Assembly (NCBI RefSeq): GCF_009914755.1
Contig: NC_060938.1
Source: the human T2T-CHM13v2.0 reference genome, Homo sapiens
Direction: 5' to 3' (one strand)
DNA length: 64,000 nt
Shown in pieces: positions 55,701 through 64,000 of this stretch. The stretch's first letter is position 1. Each line of letters opens with the position of its first letter. The translations under genes and the position numbers were made by a program. The notes beneath the pieces were generated by a model. It worked only from the letters and a program-made list of their open reading frames with translations, did no database searches and was not told the origin of the DNA.

Positions 55701-57010
55701 CAGAAAGACTGTTTCAAAACTGCTCTGTCAATAGAAAGGTTCAACTCTGTTAGCTGCATGCATATATCCCAAAGAAGATTCTGAGATTGCTTCTGTCTAG
55801 TTTTTATGGGAAGATATTTCCCTTTTCACCGTAGGCGTCAAGGCGCTCCAAATGTCCACTTCCAGATACTACAAAAAGAGTGTTTCAAACCTACTCTGTG
55901 AAAGGGAATATTCAACTCTGTGACTTGAATGCACATATCACAAGGAAGTTTCTGAGAATGCTTCTGTCGAGATTTTATATGAAGATATTCCCGTTTCCAA
56001 CGAAATCCTGAAATCTATCCAAATATCCCCTCGCAGATTCTACAAAAAGAGTGTTTCAAAACTGCTCTGTAAAAAGAAAGGTTCAACTCTGTTAGTTGAG
56101 TACACACATCACAAACAAGTTTCACACAATGCTTCTTTCTAGCTTGTAGGGGAAGATATTCCCTTTATCACCATGGGCCTCAAACCGTCCGATAAGTCCA
56201 CTTCCATATACTACAAAAAGAGCGTTTCAAACCTGCTCTATGAAAGGCAATGTTCAACTCTGTGACTTGAATGCAGACATCACAGAGCAGTTTCTGAGAA
56301 TGCTTCTGTCTAGATTTTATAGGAAGATATTCCCGTTTCCAACGAAATCTTCACAGCTATCCAAATATCCACTTGCAGATTCTACAAAAAGAGTGTATCA
56401 AAACTGCTCTGTCAAAAGGAAGGTTCTTTTCTGTTAGGTGAGTGCATACGTCATAAAGGAGTTTCTGAGAATGTTTCTGTCTAGTGGTTATGGGAAGATA
56501 TTTGCTTTTTCACCGTAGGCCTCAGAGCGCTCCAAATATCCACTTGCACATACTACAAAAAGAGTGCCTCAAAGCTGCTCTCTGAAACGGAATGTTCAAC
56601 TCTATGAGTTGAATGCAAACATCGCAAAGACGTTTCTGAGAATGCTTCTGTCTAGATTTGATATGAAGATATTCCCGTTTCCAACGAAATCTTCAAATCT
56701 ATCCAAATGTCCACTTGCAGATTCAACAAAAAGTGTTTTTCAGAACTGCTCTATCAAAAGAAAGATCCACCTCTGTTAGCTGAGTTCACACATCACAAAC
56801 AAGTTTATGAGAATGCTTCTGTCTAGTTTTTATTTGAAGATATTTCCTTTCTCACCATAGAGCTGAAAGCTGTCCTAATGTTCACTTCCAGATACTACAG
56901 AAAGAGTGTTTCAAAACTGCTGTACGAAAGGGAATGTTCAACTCTGTGACTTGAATGCACACATCACAAAGAAGTTTCTGAGGATGCTGCTGTCTACTTT
57001 TCATACGTAA

Positions 57011-57027
57011 TCCCGTTTCCAAAGAAA
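57011..57027 (-). promoter_or_regulatory. Mutated CENP-B box, core CpG lost (predicted non-binding)
   Basis: TCCCGTTTCCAAAGAAA (C>A at 57023) reads TTTCT instead of TTTCG on the minus strand. Confidence 0.85.
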
Positions 57028-60000
57028 TCCTCCAAGCTATCCAAATATCCACTTGCAGATTCCACAGAAAGACTGTTTCAAAACTGCTCTGTCAATAGAA
57101 AGGTTCAACTCTGTTAGCTGCGTGCATATATCCCAAAGAAGATTCTGAGATTGCTTCTGTCTAGTTTTTATGGGAAGATATTTCCCTTTTCACCGTAGGC
57201 GTCAAGGCGCTCCAAATGTCCACTTCCAGATACTACAAAAAGAGTGTTTCAAACCTACTCTGTGAAAGGGAATATTCAACTCTGTGACTTGAATGCACAT
57301 ATCACAAAGAAGTTTCTGAGAATGCTTCTGTCGAGATTTTATATGAAGATATTCCCGTTTCCAACGAAATGCTGAAATCTATCCAAATATCCCCTCGCAG
57401 ATTCTACAAAAAGAGTGTTTCAAAACTGCTCTGTGAAAAGAAAGGTTCAACTCTGTTAGTTGAGTACACACATCACAAACAAGTTTCACAGAATGCTTCT
57501 TTCTAGCTTGTAGGGGAAGATATTCCCTTTATCACCATGGGCCTCCAACCGTCCGAAACATCCACTTCCATATACTACAAAAAGAGCGTTTCAAACCTGC
57601 TCTATGAAAGGCAATGTTCAACTCTGTGACTTGAATGCAGACATCACAGAGCAGTTTCTGAGAATGCTTCTGTCTAGATTTTATAGGAAGATATTCCCGT
57701 TTCCAACGAAATCTTCACAGCTATCCAAATATCCACTTGCAGATTCTACAAAAAGAGTGTATCAAAACTGCTCTGTCAAAAGGAAGGTTCTTCTCTGTTA
57801 GGTGAGTGCATACGTCATAAAGGAGTTTCTGAGAATGTTTCTGTCTAGTGGTTATGGGAAGATATTTGCTTTTTCACCGTAGGCCTCAGAGCGCTCCAAA
57901 TATCCACTTGCACATACTACAAAAAGAGTGCTTCAAAGCTGCTCTCTGAAACGGAATGTTCAACTCTATGAGTTGAATGCAAACATCACAAAGACGTTTC
58001 TGAGAATGCTTCTGTCTAGATTTGATATGAAGATATTCCCGTTTCCAACGAAATCTTCAAATCTATCCAAATGTCCACTTGCAGATTCAACAAAAAGTGT
58101 TTTTCAGAACTGCTCTATCAAAAGAAAGATCCACCTCTGTTAGCTGAGTTCACACATCACAAACAAGTTTATGAGAATGCTTCTGTCTAGTTTTTATTTG
58201 AAGATATTTCCTTTCTCACCATAGAGCTGAAAGCTGTCCTAATGTTCACTTCCAGATACTACAGAAAGAGTGTTTCAAAACTGCTGTACGAAAGGGAATG
58301 TTCAACTCTGTGACTTGAATGCACACATCACAAAGAAGTTTCTGAGGATGCTGCTGTCTACTTTTTATACGTAATCCCGTTTCCAACGAAATCCTCCAAG
58401 CTATCCAAATATCCACTTGCAGATTCCACAGAAAGACTGTTTCAAAACTGCTCTGTCAATAGAAAGGTTCAACTCTGTTAGCTGCGTGCATATATCCCAA
58501 AGAAGATTCTGAGATTGCTTCTGTCTAGTTTTTATGGGAAGATATTTCCCTTTTCACCGTAGGCGTCAAGGCGCTCCAAATGTCCACTTCCAGATACTAC
58601 AAAAAGAGTGTTTCAAACCTACTCTGTGAAAGGGAATATTCAACTCTGTGACTTGAATGCACATATCACAAAGAAGTTTCTGAGAATGCTTCTGTCGAGA
58701 TTTTATATGAAGATATTCCCGTTTCCAACGAAATGCTGAAATCTATCCAAATATCCCCTCGCAGATTCTACAAAAAGAGTGTTTCAAAACTGCTCTGTGA
58801 AAAGAAAGGTTCAACTCTGTTAGTTGAGTACACACATCACAAACAAGTTTCACAGAATGCTTCTTTCTAGCTTGTAGGGGAAGATATTCCCTTTATCACC
58901 ATGGGCCTCCAACCGTCCGAAACATCCACTTCCATATACTACAAAAAGAGCGTTTCAAACCTGCTCTATGAAAGGCAATGTTCAACTCTGTGACTTGAAT
59001 GCAGACATCACAGAGCAGTTTCTGAGAATGCTTCTGTCTAGATTTTATAGGAAGATATTCCCGTTTCCAACGAAATCTTCACAGCTATCCAAATATCCAC
59101 TTGCAGATTCTACAAAAAGAGTGTATCAAAACTGCTCTGTCAAAAGGAAGGTTCTTCTCTGTTAGGTGAGTGCATACGTCATAAAGGAGTTTCTGAGAAT
59201 GTTTCTGTCTAGTGGTTATGGGAAGATATTTGCTTTTTCACCGTAGGCCTCAGAGCGCTCCAAATATCCACTTGCACATACTACAAAAAGAGTGCTTCAA
59301 AGCTGCTCTCTGAAACGGAATGTTCAACTCTATGAGTTGAATGCAAACATCACAAAGACGTTTCTGAGAATGCTTCTGTCTAGATTTGATATGAAGATAT
59401 TCCCGTTTCCAACGAAATCTTCAAATCTATCCAAATGTCCACTTGCAGATTCAACAAAAAGTGTTTTTCAGAACTGCTCTATCAAAAGAAAGATCCACCT
59501 CTGTTAGCTGAGTTCACACATCACAAACAAGTTTATGAGAATGCTTCTGTCTAGTTTTTATTTGAAGATATTTCCTTTCTCACCATAGAGCTGAAAGCTG
59601 TCCTAATGTTCACTTCCAGATACTACAGAAAGAGTGTTTCAAAACTGCTGTACGAAAGGGAATGTTCAACTCTGTGACTTGAATGCACACATCACAAAGA
59701 AGTTTCTGAGGATGCTGCTGTCTACTTTTTATACGTAATCCCGTTTCCAACGAAATCCTCCAAGCTATCCAAATATCCACTTGCAGATTCCACAGAAAGA
59801 CTGTTTCAAAACTGCTCTGTCAATAGAAAGGTTCAACTCTGTTAGCTGCATGCATATATCCCAAAGAAGATTCTGAGATTGCTTCTGTCTAGTTTTTATG
59901 GGAAGATATTTCCCTTTTCACCGTAGGCGTCAAGGCGCTCCAAATGTCCACTTCCAGATACTACAAAAAGAGTGTTTCAAACCTACTCTGTGAAAGGGAA

Positions 60001-62808
60001 TATTCAACTCTGTGACTTGAATGCACATATCACAAGGAAGTTTCTGAGAATGCTTCTGTCGAGATTTTATATGAAGATATTCCCGTTTCCAACGAAATCC
60101 TGAAATGTATCCAAATATCCCCTTGCAGATTCTACAAAAAGAGTGTTTCAAAACTGCTCTGTAAAAAGAAAGGTTCAACTCTGTTAGTTGAGTACACACA
60201 TCACAAACAAGTTTCACACAATGCTTCTTTCTAGCTTGTAGGGGAAGATATTCCCTTTATCACCATGGGCCTCAAACCGTCCGATAAGTCCACTTCCATA
60301 TACTACAAAAAGAGCGTTTCAAACCTGCTCTATGAAAGGCAATGTTCAACTCTGTGACTTGAATGCAGACATCACAGAGCAGTTTCTGAGAATGCTTCTG
60401 TCTAGATTTTATAGGAAGATATTCCCGTTTCCAACGAAATCTTCACAGCTATCCAAATATCCACTTGCAGATTCTACAAAAAGAGTGTATCAAAACTGCT
60501 CTGTCAAAAGGAAGGTTCTTCTCTGTTAGGTGAGTGCATACGTCATAAAGGAGTTTCTGAGAATGTTTCTGTCTAGTGGTTATGGGAAGATATTTGCTTT
60601 TTCACCGTAGGCCTCAGAGCGCTCCAAATATCCACTTGCACATACTACAAAAAGAGTGCCTCAAAGCTGCTCTCTGAAACGGAATGTTCAACTCTATGAG
60701 TTGAATGCAAACATCGCAAAGACGTTTCTGAGAATGCTTCTGTCTAGATTTGATATGAAGATATTCCCGTTTCCAACGAAATCTTCAAATCTATCCAAAT
60801 GTCCACTTGCAGATTCAACAAAAAGTGTTTTTCAGAACTGCTCTATCAAAAGAAAGATCCACCTCTGTTAGCTGAGTTCACACATCACAAACAAGTTTAT
60901 GAGAATGCTTCTGTCTAGTTTTTATTTGAAGATATTTCCTTTCTCACCATAGAGCTGAAAGCTGTCCTAATGTTCACTTCCAGATACTACAGAAAGAGTG
61001 TTTCAAAACTGCTGTACGAAAGGGAATGTTCAACTCTGTGACTTGAATGCACACATCACAAAGAAGTTTCTGAGGATGCTGCTGTCTACTTTTTATACGT
61101 AATCCCGTTTCCAACGAAATCCTCCAAGCTATCCAAATATCCACTTGCAGATTCCACAGAAAGACTGTTTCAAAACTGCTCTGTCAATAGAAAGGTTCAA
61201 CTCTGTTAGCTGCGTGCATATATCCCAAAGAAGATTCTGAGATTGCTTCTGTCTAGTTTTTATGGGAAGATATTTCCCTTTTCACCGTAGGCGTCAAGGC
61301 GCTCCAAATGTCCACTTCCAGATACTACAAAAAGAGTGTTTCAAACCTACTCTGTGAAAGGGAATATTCAACTCTGTGACTTGAATGCACATATCACAAA
61401 GAAGTTTCTGAGAATGCTTCTGTCGAGATTTTATATGAAGATATTCCCGTTTCCAACGAAATGCTGAAATCTATCCAAATATCCCCTCGCAGATTCTACA
61501 AAAAGAGTGTTTCAAAACTGCTCTGTGAAAAGAAAGGTTCAACTCTGTTAGTTGAGTACACACATCACAAACAAGTTTCACAGAATGCTTCTTTCTAGCT
61601 TGTAGGGGAAGATATTCCCTTTATCACCATGGGCCTCCAACCGTCCGAAACATCCACTTCCATATACCACAAAAAGAGCGTTTCAAACCTGCTCTATGAA
61701 AGGCAATGTTCAACTCTGTGACTTGAATGCAGACATCACAGAGCAGTTTCTGAGAATGCTTCTGTCTAGATTTTATAGGAAGATATTCCCGTTTCCAACG
61801 AAATCTTCACAGCTATCCAAATATCCACTTGCAGATTCTACAAAAAGAGTGTATCAAAACTGCTCTGTCAAAAGGAAGGTTCTTCTCTGTTAGGTGAGTG
61901 CATACGTCATAAAGGAGTTTCTGAGAATGTTTCTGTCTAGTGGTTATGGGAAGATATTTGCTTTTTCACCGTAGGCCTCAGAGCGCTCCAAATATCCACT
62001 TGCACATACTACAAAAAGAGTGCTTCAAAGCTGCTCTCTGAAACGGAATGTTCAACTCTATGAGTTGAATGCAAACATCACAAAGACGTTTCTGAGAATG
62101 CTTCTGTCTAGATTTGATATGAAGATATTCCCGTTTCCAACGAAATCTTCAAATCTATCCAAATGTCCACTTGCAGATTCAACAAAAAGTGTTTTTCAGA
62201 ACTGCTCTATCAAAAGAAAGATCCACCTCTGTTAGCTGAGTTCACACATCACAAAGAACTTTATGAGAATGCTTCTGTCTAGTTTTTATTTGAAGATATT
62301 TCCTTTCTCACCATAGAGCTGAAAGCTGTCCTAATGTTCACTTCCAGATACTACAGAAAGAGTGTTTCAAAACTGCTGTACGAAAGGGAATGTTCAACTC
62401 TGTGACTTGAATGCACACATCACAAAGAAGTTTCTGAGGATGCTGCTGTCTACTTTTTATACGTAATCCCGTTTCCAACGAAATCCTCCAAGCTATCCAA
62501 ATATCCACTTGCAGATTCCACAGAAAGACTGTTTCAAAACTGCTCTGTCAATAGAAAGGTTCAACTCTGTTAGCTGCATGCATATATCCCAAAGAAGATT
62601 CTGAGATTGCTTCTGTCTAGTTTTTATGGGAAGATATTTCCCTTTTCACCGTAGGCGTCAAGGCGCTCCAAATGTCCACTTCCAGATACTACAAAAAGAG
62701 TGTTTCAAACCTACTCTGTGAAAGGGAATATTCAACTCTGTGACTTGAATGCACATATCACAAGGAAGTTTCTGAGAATGCTTCTGTCGAGATTTTATAT
62801 GAAGATAT

Positions 62809-62825
62809 TCCCGTTTCCAACGACA
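62809..62825 (-). promoter_or_regulatory. Mutated CENP-B box, same core change as at 28727
   Basis: TCCCGTTTCCAACGACA (A>C at 62824). Confidence 0.85.
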
Positions 62826-64000
62826 TCCTGAAATCTATCCAAATATCCCCTTGCAGATTCTACAAAAAGAGTGTTTCAAAACTGCTCTGTAAAAAGAAAG
62901 GTTCAACTCTGTTAGTTGAGTACACACATCACAAACAAGTTTCACAGAATGCTTCTTTCTAGCTTGTAGGGGAAGATATTCCCTTTATCACCATGGGCCT
63001 CCAACCGTCCGAAACATCCACTTCCATATACTACAAAAAGAGCGTTTCAAACCTGCTCTATGAAAGGCAATGTTCAACTCTGTGACTTGAATGCAGACAT
63101 CACAGAGCAGTTTCTGAGAATGCTTCTGTCTAGATTTTATAGGAAGATATTCCCGTTTCCAACGAAATCTTCACAGCTATCCAAATATCCACTTGCAGAT
63201 TCTACAAAAAGAGTGTATCAAAACTGCTCTGTCAAAAGGAAGGTTCTTCTCTGTTAGGTGAGTGCATACGTCATAAAGGAGTTTCTGAGAATGTTTCTGT
63301 CTAGTGGTTATGGGAAGATATTTGCTTTTTCACCGTAGGCCTCAGAGCGCTCCAAATATCCACTTGCACATACTACAAAAAGAGTGCCTCAAAGCTGCTC
63401 TCTGAAACGGAATGTTCAACTCTATGAGTTGAATGCAAACATCGCAAAGACGTTTCTGAGAATGCTTCTGTCTAGATTTGATATGAAGATATTCCCGTTT
63501 CCAACGAAATCTTCAAATCTATCCAAATGTCCACTTGCAGATTCAACAAAAAGTGTTTTTCAGAACTGCTCTATCAAAAGAAAGATCCACCTCTGTTAGC
63601 TGAGTTCACACATCACAAACAAGTTTATGAGAATGCTTCTGTCTAGTTTTTATTTGAAGATATTTCCTTTCTCACCATAGAGCTGAAAGCTGTCCTAATG
63701 TTCACTTCCAGATACTACAGAAAGAGTGTTTCAAAACTGCTGTACGAAAGGGAATGTTCAACTATGTGACTTGAATGCACACATCACAAAGAAGTTTCTG
63801 AGGATGCTGCTGTCTACTTTTTATACGTAATCCCGTTTCCAACGAAATCCTCCAAGCTATCCAAATATCCACTTGCAGATTCCACAGAAAGACTGTTTCA
63901 AAACTGCTCTGTCAATAGAAAGGTTCAACTCTGTTAGCTGCGTGCATATATCCCAAAGAAGATTCTGAGATTGCTTCTGTCTAGTTTTTATGGGAAGATA

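Larger units (their letters stand above)
1..64000 (-). repeat. Alpha-satellite higher-order repeat array, ~47 copies of a 1364-bp 8-mer; probably the chr14/chr22 active array (alphaXT, D14Z9/D22Z1, S2C14/22H1L)
   Basis: There is a ~171-bp monomer period with typical alphoid motifs (TTCAACTCTGTGACTTGAATGCA, TTTCTGAGAATGCTTCTGTCTAG). The 1364-bp period is shown by landmarks at 320, 1684, 3048 ... 63060, with only four 1-bp slips. CENP-B boxes read on the minus strand in every copy. Alpha-satellite identity is certain; the chromosome assignment is less so (~0.75). Confidence 0.99.

Noticed and set aside
1282-60217. Sporadic 95-aa and 122-aa minus-strand ORFs
   Set aside because: They appear only where a SNP (e.g. 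aaatCtat>aaatGtat) removes a stop, or where the 1-bp deletion at ~49331 extends the frame. They are translated satellite, not proteins.
320-63599. Repeated 65-aa and 71-aa plus-strand ORFs (MKGNVQLC..., MPQ/MLQSCSLK...)
   Set aside because: These are chance stop-free frames of alpha-satellite monomers, recurring with the 1364-bp period. There is no gene context, and the 71-aa ORF starts at GTG. They are useful only as SNP reporters.
69-63847. Regularly spaced conserved 17-bp motif resembling a CRISPR repeat
   Set aside because: It is the CENP-B box. The intervening sequence is itself repeated satellite rather than unique spacers, and there are no cas genes.
1-64000. Possible L1/Alu insertion, inversion or monomer-deletion HOR variant
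   Set aside because: Landmark spacing stays at 1364 bp (minus 1-2 bp) throughout and all boxes keep one orientation, leaving no room for such events.
1-64000. Alternative assignment to the chr20 16-mer, chr18 or chr10 8-mer arrays
   Set aside because: The two alternating 8-mers differ by only ~1% and do not alternate strictly. The XbaI-TaqI 680-bp pattern fits alphaXT of chr14/22 better. This is not fully excluded without a HumAS-HMMER or BLAST run, and chr14 versus chr22 cannot be resolved here.
1-64000. A novel gene-encoded biological system
   Set aside because: No non-satellite sequence is present; any novelty is limited to array-evolution patterns.

Overview
The whole 64 kb window is one uninterrupted, single-orientation primate (almost certainly human) centromeric alpha-satellite array. 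It holds about 47 tandem copies of a 1364-bp, 8-monomer higher-order repeat (HOR; 7 x 171 bp + 1 x 167 bp). CENP-B-box monomers alternate strictly with pJalpha/A-box monomers, a dimeric organisation resembling suprachromosomal family 2 (SF2). The 8-mer length and an XbaI-TaqI spacing of exactly 680 bp fit the alphaXT / D14Z9-D22Z1 (S2C14/22H1L) live array of chr14/chr22; that assignment is from recall, not a database search. I found no genes, RNA genes, transposon insertions, inversions or monomer-deletion variants, and every ORF in the track is an artefact of the repeat. I found no new protein-coding system. The informative signal is in the SNP pattern. Two HOR haplotypes differing at about a dozen linked sites form super-HORs whose period changes along the window: 2 and 4 HORs at left, mosaic in the middle, 2 then 3 and 6 HORs at right. 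Rare variants recur 17 and 25 HORs apart, a few CENP-B boxes are mutated, and one dense mutation cluster lies at about 49.1-49.5 kb. All variant calls were made by eye and may be incomplete.
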